Positions 35,801-45,075 of a stretch of 64,000 nt of DNA are shown one piece after another; the stretch's first letter is position 1; every line of letters starts with the position of its first letter. The translations under genes were made by a program, and so were the position numbers. The notes under the pieces are model-generated. The model was not told where the DNA came from and ran no database searches. It saw only the letters and a list, made by a program, of their open reading frames with translations. This DNA comes from an uncultured Bacteroidales bacterium (lineage in GTDB: Bacteria; Bacteroidota; Bacteroidia; Bacteroidales; UBA932), in assembly GCA_905235995.1 (NCBI GenBank), contig CAJONI010000052.1, positions 6,107 through 70,106 of the forward strand, given 5' to 3'.

Positions 35801-38122
35801 ATGAAAAGACGTGTGGACTTCTGCTTTCTCCCATGGGTACTGGCCTTTCTCGCGCTTTGCTCGTGCAGTTCAGGCGGGGAGGGTGTCGTAGGGAAGGAGT
35901 TTCCCCTCAAGGAGGCGAACCCCGGGAATTCACTGATGGCAAGATGGGCGGGGAAGGAGGTGCTTGAATCCAGGGTGATCGACGATATGGAGGGAAAAGG
36001 CAATTGGGTCGTACGTGAAGGCTCGCCCAGTGTCGGGTACACGCGGGAGAATTACAAGTACGGCACCCAGGCCCTGAGGCAGCGGGTGTCGATGGTCGAC
36101 AGCGCGCATATCCTCTCGCCCGCAAACCGCAGCGAATGGGGGAGTTTCAACGCTGACCAGGGCGGCTGGACCTGCGTGGCGCTGGAGTTCGATGAGCCGC
36201 AGGACTGGTCGGAGTGGAACCGTATCTCCCTGTGGGTCTACATCCATCCTTCCAGAAATCCCAACGTGAGTTTCGCCCTCGACCTGGTTGACGCCGCAAC
36301 CCATGATTCCGTGCTCGATCCGGGCCGGGAAACCAATGTCGACATACCCCAGGGAGAATGGACCCAGATGCTATGGGAGATAGACTATTACCCGCGCGAG
36401 AGCATACTCCGCCTCGAAATCTGCCAGACCATGACGGGATTCGACCGGGAGATCGGGGAGCAGTACGTGACCATCGACTTCGACCGGCTGGAACTGCAGA
36501 AGGTCGAGCCCGACCACTACGAGGGCTGGGACATACCCGAAGGGGAATTCGCCTTTTCCCACGTCGGCTACCGGCCTGGCGACAGTAAAGTCGCTTTGGC
36601 TTGCTACGACGCCGGTGTCAAGGCTTTCCAGCTGCTGGACGGCAGGGGAAATGCTGTCTTCACCGGAACCCCGGCCAGAAGCACCAACCGGGGAAACGAC
36701 TTCGCGGTGCTGGATTTCAGCGACTTCCGCAGTTCCGGCAGCTACTCCCTGAAATACGGCGAAGCCGTGTCCAGACCTTTTCCAATCGATGAGGACGTCT
36801 GGCTCGAACCCATGTACGCCGCACTCAACTTCTATTTCTGCCAGCGCTGCGGCTACCCCGTTCCGGGTATCCACGGCGTGTGCCATGAGGACGTGCAGGG
36901 ATTCCACGGGGATGTACGGAAGAGCGTCAACGGGGGCTGGCACGACGCCGGCGACCTTTCGCAGGGGACCTGGCGCACGGCCTATGCCTGTTTTGCGCTC
37001 CTGAACGCAGTGGAGGCTGCTCCTGGGTTCGCCACAAAGCTGCAGGAGGAGGCATCATGGGGAGTGGACTGGCTCCTCAAGACCCGTTTCGGCGACGGCT
37101 TCCATCAGAGCTGGTCCACTGTGCGCATTTTTTCCGACGGCATAACCGGCACTTGCGACGATATAGTAACTCCCGCGTCCTATGTCCCCTGGGAGCTCTT
37201 CCTGACCTCCGCCGTGTTCCTGAGGTCCGGCCACCCCGACGAGGCGTGCGAGGACTGGGAATTCGCCATGCGGAAAGCAGATGGCGGCAACTACCTTGAG
37301 GCTTCCTGGGGAGCCCTGGCCTCCGCACTTCTTTACCAGCGTTCCGGAGAGCGGAAGTACAGGGACGCCGCCCTGAATTTCGGGCGCAGGCTCATGCTCT
37401 GCCAGGAGCAGGGAAAGGTGCACGGAATCCCGTATCACGGCTATTTCTATACCGATACCACCCGCAGGGCCATCCTTCACGACTGCCACGCGGCCTTCAA
37501 CGAAGCGCCCATGCTGGCCCTTGGCACCTTGTGCCGTGTCTTCCCGGAAGAAGCGGCGCCTTTCCTTGAGGCGGCGCGGCTTTACGCCGGCTACCTGAAG
37601 GACGGCAGCGCAATCTCGGCCCCGTACAATCTCCCGCCGGCAGGCATCTTCCGGCGCAGGGACATGCTCTCTGCTTCCGACCTCGCCCAGTATGAGGCAG
37701 GCACGCAGATCAACGGTGAGTATGCCATACGCACCTTCCCGGTCTGGAAGGACCACATCTTTCACGGAAGCACCCACTTCCACCTTTCCGAAGCCTGGGC
37801 GCTGGCCGAGGCGGCGGTGCTCCTGGACGACAGCGAGGCCATGTCGCTGGTGCAGCGGCAGCTGGAATGGACCCTGGGCCGCAACCCCTTCGGGATGAGC
37901 CTCATGTACGGAGTGGGCTACAACTACGCCCCGCTCTTCGCCTACTGCACGCACAACATAGTCGGAGCCCTTCCTGTCGGCATGGACTGCTTCCACGACG
38001 ACGAGCCCTTCTGGAACGGCAGCGCCTGTGCCACCTCGAAGGAAATCTGGGTCGAACCCGTCAGCCGCTTCCTGGGAGCGCTGTCGCATTTTATTTTGTA
38101 TGAATCTCCCGTTCGGGATTAA
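35801..38122 (+). CDS. GH9-like (alpha/alpha)6-barrel glycoside hydrolase with a CelD_N-type Ig-like N-terminal domain
   Basis: Lipobox FLALCSCSS. The Ig-like segment is FAFSHVGYRPGDSKVALA...FAVLDFSDFRSSGSYSLKYG. The barrel start is ALNFYFCQRCG...VNGGWHDAGDLSQGT (GH9 has GGWxDAGD). A late block is LGRNPFGMSLMYGVGYNYAP. Confidence 0.6.
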   Translation: MKRRVDFCFLPWVLAFLALCSCSSGGEGVVGKEFPLKEANPGNSLMARWAGKEVLESRVIDDMEGKGNWVVREGSPSVGYTRENYKYGTQALRQRVSMVDSAHILSPANRSEWGSFNADQGGWTCVALEFDEPQDWSEWNRISLWVYIHPSRNPNVSFALDLVDAATHDSVLDPGRETNVDIPQGEWTQMLWEIDYYPRESILRLEICQTMTGFDREIGEQYVTIDFDRLELQKVEPDHYEGWDIPEGEFAFSHVGYRPGDSKVALACYDAGVKAFQLLDGRGNAVFTGTPARSTNRGNDFAVLDFSDFRSSGSYSLKYGEAVSRPFPIDEDVWLEPMYAALNFYFCQRCGYPVPGIHGVCHEDVQGFHGDVRKSVNGGWHDAGDLSQGTWRTAYACFALLNAVEAAPGFATKLQEEASWGVDWLLKTRFGDGFHQSWSTVRIFSDGITGTCDDIVTPASYVPWELFLTSAVFLRSGHPDEACEDWEFAMRKADGGNYLEASWGALASALLYQRSGERKYRDAALNFGRRLMLCQEQGKVHGIPYHGYFYTDTTRRAILHDCHAAFNEAPMLALGTLCRVFPEEAAPFLEAARLYAGYLKDGSAISAPYNLPPAGIFRRRDMLSASDLAQYEAGTQINGEYAIRTFPVWKDHIFHGSTHFHLSEAWALAEAAVLLDDSEAMSLVQRQLEWTLGRNPFGMSLMYGVGYNYAPLFAYCTHNIVGALPVGMDCFHDDEPFWNGSACATSKEIWVEPVSRFLGALSHFILYESPVRD

Positions 38123-38131
38123 GCATATGCC

Positions 38132-40012
38132 ATGAGGAAATCTTTCATCGCACTCGCAGCCATCGCGCTGGCTTTTTTCGCATCCTGCAGTACTGAAACA
38201 ATCCCGGAGGATCCTTCGGACCTGATGAGCGACACCTGGGTTGCGACCGACGCCCTGGGGCGGCAGATGCCGCTGCAGGATGCTGTCGGCCCCGTCAGGG
38301 ACGGGCGGCACTTCACCGGCATCTTCTACATCACCTGGCACGGCGCCGGATGCCATAACATCCCCGGTCCGTACACCGACGTCACGAAGATACTGGAAGC
38401 TGACCCGCAGGCAAGGCTCGACGCGCACCATCCCCTCTGGAAATACGGCTCATACCACTGGGGCGAGCCTGAGGCCGGCTATTTCCTCAGCCAGGACACC
38501 TGGCTCATGCGCCGCGACCTCTCCATGCTGCAGGACGCCGGAATCGACGTGCTGATACTCGACGTGACCAACGGCGTCTGCTACTGGGATGAATGGGAGC
38601 TGCTCTTCTCCACCATGGAACAGATGCGCTCCGAAGGCAACCGCACACCGCAGTTCTGCTTCTGGTCGTTCAACAACGGGCCGGTGCGCGTGGTGAAGGA
38701 GCTCTACGAGCGCTATTACAAGCCGGAGAGATTCACGGACCTCTGGTTCCATTGGGACGGAAAGCCGCTGCTGCTCTACAATGCCAACCCTTCACAGGAC
38801 GCCAACGGCAGCTATGAGGCGACAGCCGCCGACTATCCCCAGGAAATCCTGGACTTCTTCACCCTGCGCAACATGTGGTGGGGTTACTATACCTGGGGTA
38901 ATGATCATGAATATGACGACACTCGCTACATAGGTACCGAGGACAACTGGAGTTTCGGCTACAGCATGGACGACGAAAGGATCAAGGCCATGAGCCCTGA
39001 AGAACTGGCTTCCAAGCACCTCGGGAAAGTGGAGGAGTGCGCGGTCACCCCTGCGCAGCATCCACTGGGCATGAAGGGTGTACCCATGGGCGTGGGCAAG
39101 TCCTGGACCAGGGCTTCCGGCGAGCCTGCGCTGAACGAGCGCGACATGCCCGAGGGAGGGCTTTCCGCCCTTGGCCTGTATTTCCAGGAACGCTGGGACG
39201 ACGCCCTGGCCGTGGACCCGCCCTTCATCTACCTGAACGACTGGAACGAGTGGACGGCCGGCAAATACAACTTCGGAGATACCTGGTTCCTGGGCAGGGA
39301 GAACAGTCCCTTCGCCTTCGTGGACCAGTACAATGCCGAGTTCAACCGCACCATCCAGCCCATGAAGGGAGGCTATACCGACAACTACTACATGCAGATG
39401 GCGCAGAACATACGCCGCTACAAGGGCGTGCGGCAGATTCCCGTCAACAGGGGCTATAGGAAGACAACTGTCGACGGCTCGTTCGGGGACTGGGAGAAGG
39501 TAAGGATTGAATACCGCGACACCCGCGGCGACACCGCCTGGCGCGACGCCGACGGCTATGCCGGCCTGCACTACACTGACAACAGCGGCAGGAACGACAT
39601 AGTCGTGGCGAAAGTCGCCGTCGACCGCAATGGTTCCGTGGACTTCTATGTGAAGACCGCCGCCCCACTTACGCCGCCCGCCGGACCAGACTGGATGATG
39701 CTCCTGATAGACGCCGACCGGGACGCCTCCACGGGCTGGCACGGCTATGACCTCGTGGTCAACAAAGAACTTGGGAAGCTGATGGCATATGGCGCAGATG
39801 GCTGGAATCCAGTCGCTGAGATCAGCTATGCAGCGGATGGCAACGAGCTTGAACTTGCGATACCGGTCTCGCTTCTGCAACGGGAAGGGAAGGACATCTG
39901 CTTCGATTTCAAATGGGCGGACAACTGCGGCGGCCTGGAAGACCCGATGTTCCTCCTGGGCGACACCGCTCCCAACCGACGCTTCAATTATCGTTTTATC
40001 TGGAGACCATAG
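38132..40012 (+). CDS. Lipoprotein of unknown function; probable TIM-barrel glycosidase-like fold with a C-terminal beta-sandwich
   Basis: Lipobox LAFFASCST. The strand/helix-alternating N-terminal 400 aa or so has blocks GIFYITWHG, LQDAGIDVLILDVTNG and PPFIYLNDWNEWTAGK. The NEW segment resembles the NSWNEWTE of the WbsX/GH99-like protein at 45076. I could not recognise a confident family. Confidence 0.4.
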   Translation: MRKSFIALAAIALAFFASCSTETIPEDPSDLMSDTWVATDALGRQMPLQDAVGPVRDGRHFTGIFYITWHGAGCHNIPGPYTDVTKILEADPQARLDAHHPLWKYGSYHWGEPEAGYFLSQDTWLMRRDLSMLQDAGIDVLILDVTNGVCYWDEWELLFSTMEQMRSEGNRTPQFCFWSFNNGPVRVVKELYERYYKPERFTDLWFHWDGKPLLLYNANPSQDANGSYEATAADYPQEILDFFTLRNMWWGYYTWGNDHEYDDTRYIGTEDNWSFGYSMDDERIKAMSPEELASKHLGKVEECAVTPAQHPLGMKGVPMGVGKSWTRASGEPALNERDMPEGGLSALGLYFQERWDDALAVDPPFIYLNDWNEWTAGKYNFGDTWFLGRENSPFAFVDQYNAEFNRTIQPMKGGYTDNYYMQMAQNIRRYKGVRQIPVNRGYRKTTVDGSFGDWEKVRIEYRDTRGDTAWRDADGYAGLHYTDNSGRNDIVVAKVAVDRNGSVDFYVKTAAPLTPPAGPDWMMLLIDADRDASTGWHGYDLVVNKELGKLMAYGADGWNPVAEISYAADGNELELAIPVSLLQREGKDICFDFKWADNCGGLEDPMFLLGDTAPNRRFNYRFIWRP

Positions 40013-40047
40013 GTTCTTTGACCAAAAATCGTTATCTTTAAGGTTCT

Positions 40048-40671
40048 ATGAGAATCCGATTCATCCTACTGCTGCTTTTCCTGCTTCCTGTGCCGCTTTT
40101 CGCACAGGAAGAGGTGGACGACAGGACCTTCGGCGGATGGGAATTCTTTGAGGTCACCAAAGACTTCGGCAGTTCGCCGATATATGCCAGCTTCTATTAC
40201 GAGCACGACAATATCCAATACCGCCGCCTGGACAACTGGTATACCCGCAGCACACTGGGCGCGAAGGTGTTTACCTGGTTGAAGGCCGCCATGCTCTACG
40301 ACTTCATGAAGGAGCCGTCCCGCGAGACCCATCACGCAATGTTCGACCTGATCGGGACCCTGAAGCCTGGCAACTTCACCATCTCCCTGCGTGAGCGCTA
40401 CCGTCACAGCTGGGATCCTTCCGCAGGCACGCAGTCCGACGAAATCCGCTCCCGCCTGAAGGTCCAGTATGCCATTCCGGGCAGCCGCTTCAGCCCCTAC
40501 GTGGCCATAGAACCGATAACCTGGACGCATTGGATCAAGACACGCCACTATGTAGCCTGCAATTACAACATCACCGACTGGTTCCAGCTGGAAGCCTATT
40601 ACCTTTATTACACCTACAGGTCGCGTCCTGACATGCATGTCATTGGCCTCGGGGCCAATTTTTACCTTTGA
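40048..40671 (+). CDS. DUF2490-like small secreted or outer-membrane beta-rich protein
   Basis: Signal peptide MRIRFILLLLFLLPVPLFAQ. The sequence shows an alternating aromatic/polar beta-strand pattern and ends in ...VIGLGANFYL (C-terminal aromatic-x motif). Its length and composition fit DUF2490. Confidence 0.5.
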   Translation: MRIRFILLLLFLLPVPLFAQEEVDDRTFGGWEFFEVTKDFGSSPIYASFYYEHDNIQYRRLDNWYTRSTLGAKVFTWLKAAMLYDFMKEPSRETHHAMFDLIGTLKPGNFTISLRERYRHSWDPSAGTQSDEIRSRLKVQYAIPGSRFSPYVAIEPITWTHWIKTRHYVACNYNITDWFQLEAYYLYYTYRSRPDMHVIGLGANFYL

Positions 40672-40676
40672 GTATC

Positions 40677-43600
40677 ATGAAAAGAGCCTTTTACCTGCTG
40701 TTCCTTCTCCTGCCTGCCGCCTGTACGGCCCCGCAGGACAAGCCGCTCGCCTGGCAACTGCCGGTTGACGAGCAGATAAGCGTCGCAAATACCCTGGGCT
40801 GCGCCGAAGCCTCCGCGGAGCCGAACCAGTGGCTGGCTTTCCGCAGGGATGTGACGCTGGACGCGGCGCCTTCCTCGGCCAAGGCCCGCATAGCTGTCGA
40901 CAGCAAGTACTGGCTCTGGGTCAACGGACGCTCCGTGGTGTTCGAGGGAGGGCTCAAGAAAGGCCCTAATCCCCGCGACAGCTATTTCGACGAGGTGGAA
41001 CTCGCTCCCTACCTGCAGAAGGGAGAGAACCGGATCGCCCTGCTGCTCTGGTACTTCGGCAAGGACGGCTTCTCGCATCTGGGCAGCGGCCAGCCTCAGC
41101 TCTGGTTCGATTGTCCGGAGCTGGGCGATGCGCCCTGGCTTTGCCGCGTGCATCCAGCCTACGGCACTGCGGCAGATCTCCCTGAGCCGAACTACCGTCT
41201 TCCCGAATCGAGCCTGGCCTTCGACGCCCGGCAGGACATCGAGGGCTGGCAGACCGGCCCGCTCGTCGGCTTTTCGCCTGCAGTCGTGCTGGAGAGTACC
41301 CTCGGGACCCTGCATTCCCGCCCCATCCCGCAGTGGAAGGACTTCGGTGTCAAGGAAGTGGCCTTCGAGACCCGCAGCGGCGCCGAGGCCGACACGCTGG
41401 TAGCCAGGCTGCCGCGCAATATGCAGATGACGCCCATACTCAGCGTCGAGGACTCGGATGGAGGGCACCGCATCGTCATCGAGACCGACCATGCGAAGGT
41501 CGGGGAGGAGTGCCTGAGGGCCGAATACATCACCGCCCCCGGCACGCGCGAATACGAATCCCTGGGCTGGCTCAACGGCCAGCGCATCATCCTGACCGTG
41601 GAGCACGGAGCAGCAGTGAAGGCACTGAAGTACCGTGAGACTGGTTACGACACCGCTCCCGACGGCAGTTTCTCCTGCAGCGACCCCTTCTTCAACCGCT
41701 TCTGGGAGAAGGGAGTGCGGACGATCTACGTCAATGCCAGGGACAACTTCTTCGACTGCCCGGACCGCGAGCGCGGGCAGTGGTGGGGCGACATAGTCAC
41801 CATTCTGGGTGAAAGCTTCTATACCTATACTCCTTCGCTGTACCTGCTGATCCGCAAGGGAATACGCGAGCTGGCCGACTGGCAGCGCCCCGATGACAGG
41901 CTCTTCTCGCCAATCCCCGGCAACTACGGGGTGGAACTGCCCTGCCAGATGCTGGCGGCGGTTGGCCGCTACGGTTTCTGGACCTACTACATGAACACCG
42001 GCGACCTTGAGACCATAGCCCACGTCTACCCGGCCGTCAAGCGTTACCTGGCCACCTATGAAAAGGGCCCCGACGGCCTGATGGCCTGGCACGACGGCGA
42101 CTGGAACTGGGGCGACTGGGGCGACAACCGCGACATGCGCCTTCTGCAGAACATATGGTATGTGCTTGCGCTTCAGGGCGTTTCCGACATGGCCGACCTC
42201 GTGGGCGCGGAGGGGGAAGGCAGTGCCTACTGGGCGCAGATGTGCGAGCTCCGCGAGGCGATCGACAGGGTGGCCTGGATCGGTAGCTGCTACCGGCATC
42301 CCGAATACAGGGGCGAGACCGACGACCGGGTGAACGCCCTGGCTGTGCTCGCGGGAGTCGCATCCCGCGACAAATACGATGCGATCTTCGAAGTGCTCAA
42401 AAAGGAAGAGCACTCGAGTCCGTATATGGAAAAATATGTGATGGAGGCCCTCTTCGCCATAGGGCAGGGAGAGTATGCCCTGGAGAGGGAGCACAGGCGC
42501 TACGCCTTCATGGTCGACCATCCCGACTTCGACACCCTTTTCGAAAACTGGAACGTGGGTGTGGACGGCGACTGGGACTGCGGCAGCGTCAACCATGCCT
42601 GGAGCGGCGGCCCGCTGGCCGTCTTCCCGACCCGCATGTTCGGCGTGGTGCCCACCGAGCCGGGCTGGAAGGTATTCTCCGTCAGGCCCGACAAGGCCAT
42701 CTTCGACAAGGCTGCCATCTCTTTCCCGACGGTCCTCGGTACCGTTTCCCTGGATTACGACGCCTCAGCCCGTACGCTTGCGGTGGAAGTGCCGGAAGGC
42801 TCGAGGGCCGAGGTCGACATCCCCTGGGCGCATACCAGCTGCACGCTCGGCCCAGGCAGGCATGTGGTGAAGCTGCAGGACAAGCCCGAACCGGTGGCCG
42901 GCGATTTCGCCTTCCGTGACCCCGGGCAGCCCGTGGAAAAGCGCGTGAAGGACCTGATGAAACGCATGAGCCTTGAGGAAAAGGTGGCGCAGATAAGCGC
43001 CCAGCTGCTCTTCATGGACGAATACTACGACAGGCGCGATTATACCGCCGGCCATGTACGCAACGTAGGGCATTTCCTGCCTGACGGCGGGTTGAGCAAC
43101 GATCCCGCGTCCGTGGCCCGGGCCATCAACGAAGATACCCGCCGCTCCATCGAGGCCAGCCGCTGGGGGATCCCCGTGCTTCAGCACGGCGAGGCCCTGC
43201 ACGGCGCCCAGTGGGGCAATGCGACCTGCTTCCCGCAGAGCATAGCCTTCGGCGCCGCTTTCGATGAGGATCTGTACTACCGTGTGGGTCAGGTCGTTGC
43301 CGAGGAGCTTCGGGCGGTGGGGGTGCGCCAGGTCTATGCCCCCGTGATCAATATCACACGCGACCAGCGCTGGGGCCGTGGCCAGGAAAGCTACGGCGAA
43401 GACGTGCTGCTCAATTCCCGCATGGGAGTGGCCTATGTGAAGGCCCTGGAGGAAGGCGGCGTGGTGGCCACGCCCAAGCACTTCGTCGACAACTACGGCG
43501 AGGGCGGACACGATTCCTTCGCTTCCATCACGTCGTGGCGGGAGCTTCGGGAAGTGTATCTCGAACCTTTCCGCGCCTGCATAGAGGAAGGTGGCGCAAG

Positions 43601-45059
43601 GGGCGTGATGAGCGCCTACAATGCTGTCGACGGAGTGCCTGCCAGCTGCAACCCGGTCCTGCTCCGGGACATCCTGAAGAAGGAATGGGGCTTCGGCGGC
43701 ATAGTCGTCTCCGACTACGGGGCTGTGGAGATTGTACACAGCAACCATAACCTGGCCCCGAGCGACGAGGACGCGCTGGCCATGTGCCTGGAAAACGGCC
43801 TTGACCTTCAGCTCCATACGACCAGCAGGAGCCTGCTGGGCCTGGTGGAAAGCGGGAAGGTCTCGCGCAAGACGCTCGACGAGGCTGTGAGGCGTGTCCT
43901 GCGTATAAAGTTCGAACTGGGGCTCTTCGACGAGCCCTTCGTGGATCCGGAACAGGCTGCAGTGACCGTTCGTTGCGAAGAGCACCGGCAGCTCGCCTAC
44001 GAGGCGGCGGTCAAGGCCATGACCCTGCTCAAGAACGACGGCATCCTGCCCCTCAGACCCGGCAGCGTGCGCCGTATAGGAGTTTTCGGCCCGGCGGCCG
44101 ATGCCCTGAACCTGGGCGACTACAGCGGTGGCCGCGGCGGCTGGAAGGGAGAGGGAGGAGTGACCCCCTATGAAGGTCTGAAGAAAGCCTTTGCGGGAAG
44201 CTCCACCGAAATACTGCTCAACCGTCCCGGCGACGTCAATATCTTTTTCCCCACCATCACTGAAGAGGAGGGGAGCGACCGCAGCAGCTTCCTGCTGCCT
44301 TCCGCGCATGAGATGCGGTACAGGGAGCAGACTGGCGCGATAATCATAGCCGACCAGCAGCAGACGAACATCAGGATCGACCAGGAGAAGATGGTGCGCG
44401 AGCTTATCGCAAGCGGCAGACCGCTGATAGTGGTGCTGCACAACGGCAGCGTGGTCGACATCTCCGGCTGGGTCGACGGGGCTGCAGCGGTGCTCGAGGC
44501 CTGGTATTCCGGCGAGCAGGGCGGCAGGGCCATCGCCGACATCCTTACCGGGGCCCGCAATCCCGGCGGACGCCTGCCCTTCAGCTGGGCGCGTTCCATA
44601 GGCCAGAATCCCATCTATTATTCCATAAAGCCCAGTGGGAGAGGCTACGGCTATGTGGAGAACGACGGTTCGCCGCTCTATCCCTTCGGATGGGGGCTCA
44701 GCTATACTACATTTGAATACGGCGACCTGCGCATGCCTGAAAGCCTTGGGAAAGGCGAGCCGCTGAAGCTCTGCGTCACGGTGACCAATACCGGTGCCGT
44801 GGAAGGTGACGAAGTGGTGCAGCTCTACGCTCACGACGAACTTGCCTCAGTGGTACGGCCCATGAAGGAACTGGTGGCGTTCAAGCGTGTGACGCTGGCG
44901 CCGGGCGAGAGCCGGGAAGTGGAGATTGAAGTCCCATACATGCGTTTCTCCCTATGGGACAGGAACCTGGTCCGGCGCGTGGAGGAAGGTTGGTTCGAGC
45001 TCTGGCTCGGACGCAATTCCAGCGAGAGGATCCTTAGTGGAAGAGTATATGTAAAATAA
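40677..45059 (+). CDS. Fusion protein: GH78-type alpha-L-rhamnosidase-like N-terminal half and a GH3 beta-glycosidase C-terminal half
   Basis: The ATG is at 40677; the ORF-track start at 40668 is a TTG overlapping the upstream stop. Lipobox LLLPAACT. The N-terminal half has FFDCPDRERGQWWGDIV (GH78 core) and SVNHAWSGGP. From about 42900 the GH3 blocks begin: MSLEEKVAQI, ALHGAQWGNATCFPQ, RWGRGQESYGED, KHFVDNYGEGG, GFGGIVVSDYGAV (nucleophile region), VLEAWYSGEQGG and FGWGLSYTTF. Confidence 0.85.
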   Translation: MKRAFYLLFLLLPAACTAPQDKPLAWQLPVDEQISVANTLGCAEASAEPNQWLAFRRDVTLDAAPSSAKARIAVDSKYWLWVNGRSVVFEGGLKKGPNPRDSYFDEVELAPYLQKGENRIALLLWYFGKDGFSHLGSGQPQLWFDCPELGDAPWLCRVHPAYGTAADLPEPNYRLPESSLAFDARQDIEGWQTGPLVGFSPAVVLESTLGTLHSRPIPQWKDFGVKEVAFETRSGAEADTLVARLPRNMQMTPILSVEDSDGGHRIVIETDHAKVGEECLRAEYITAPGTREYESLGWLNGQRIILTVEHGAAVKALKYRETGYDTAPDGSFSCSDPFFNRFWEKGVRTIYVNARDNFFDCPDRERGQWWGDIVTILGESFYTYTPSLYLLIRKGIRELADWQRPDDRLFSPIPGNYGVELPCQMLAAVGRYGFWTYYMNTGDLETIAHVYPAVKRYLATYEKGPDGLMAWHDGDWNWGDWGDNRDMRLLQNIWYVLALQGVSDMADLVGAEGEGSAYWAQMCELREAIDRVAWIGSCYRHPEYRGETDDRVNALAVLAGVASRDKYDAIFEVLKKEEHSSPYMEKYVMEALFAIGQGEYALEREHRRYAFMVDHPDFDTLFENWNVGVDGDWDCGSVNHAWSGGPLAVFPTRMFGVVPTEPGWKVFSVRPDKAIFDKAAISFPTVLGTVSLDYDASARTLAVEVPEGSRAEVDIPWAHTSCTLGPGRHVVKLQDKPEPVAGDFAFRDPGQPVEKRVKDLMKRMSLEEKVAQISAQLLFMDEYYDRRDYTAGHVRNVGHFLPDGGLSNDPASVARAINEDTRRSIEASRWGIPVLQHGEALHGAQWGNATCFPQSIAFGAAFDEDLYYRVGQVVAEELRAVGVRQVYAPVINITRDQRWGRGQESYGEDVLLNSRMGVAYVKALEEGGVVATPKHFVDNYGEGGHDSFASITSWRELREVYLEPFRACIEEGGARGVMSAYNAVDGVPASCNPVLLRDILKKEWGFGGIVVSDYGAVEIVHSNHNLAPSDEDALAMCLENGLDLQLHTTSRSLLGLVESGKVSRKTLDEAVRRVLRIKFELGLFDEPFVDPEQAAVTVRCEEHRQLAYEAAVKAMTLLKNDGILPLRPGSVRRIGVFGPAADALNLGDYSGGRGGWKGEGGVTPYEGLKKAFAGSSTEILLNRPGDVNIFFPTITEEEGSDRSSFLLPSAHEMRYREQTGAIIIADQQQTNIRIDQEKMVRELIASGRPLIVVLHNGSVVDISGWVDGAAAVLEAWYSGEQGGRAIADILTGARNPGGRLPFSWARSIGQNPIYYSIKPSGRGYGYVENDGSPLYPFGWGLSYTTFEYGDLRMPESLGKGEPLKLCVTVTNTGAVEGDEVVQLYAHDELASVVRPMKELVAFKRVTLAPGESREVEIEVPYMRFSLWDRNLVRRVEEGWFELWLGRNSSERILSGRVYVK

Positions 45060-45075
45060 TATAAATCAGTGATAT

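Noticed and set aside
40668-40676. Non-ATG starts proposed by the ORF track: TTG at 40668, TTG at 52470 and GTG at 6812
   Set aside because: In each case an ATG a few codons downstream (40677, 52494, 6818) begins a canonical lipoprotein signal peptide. The longer versions add only a few residues overlapping or abutting the upstream gene.
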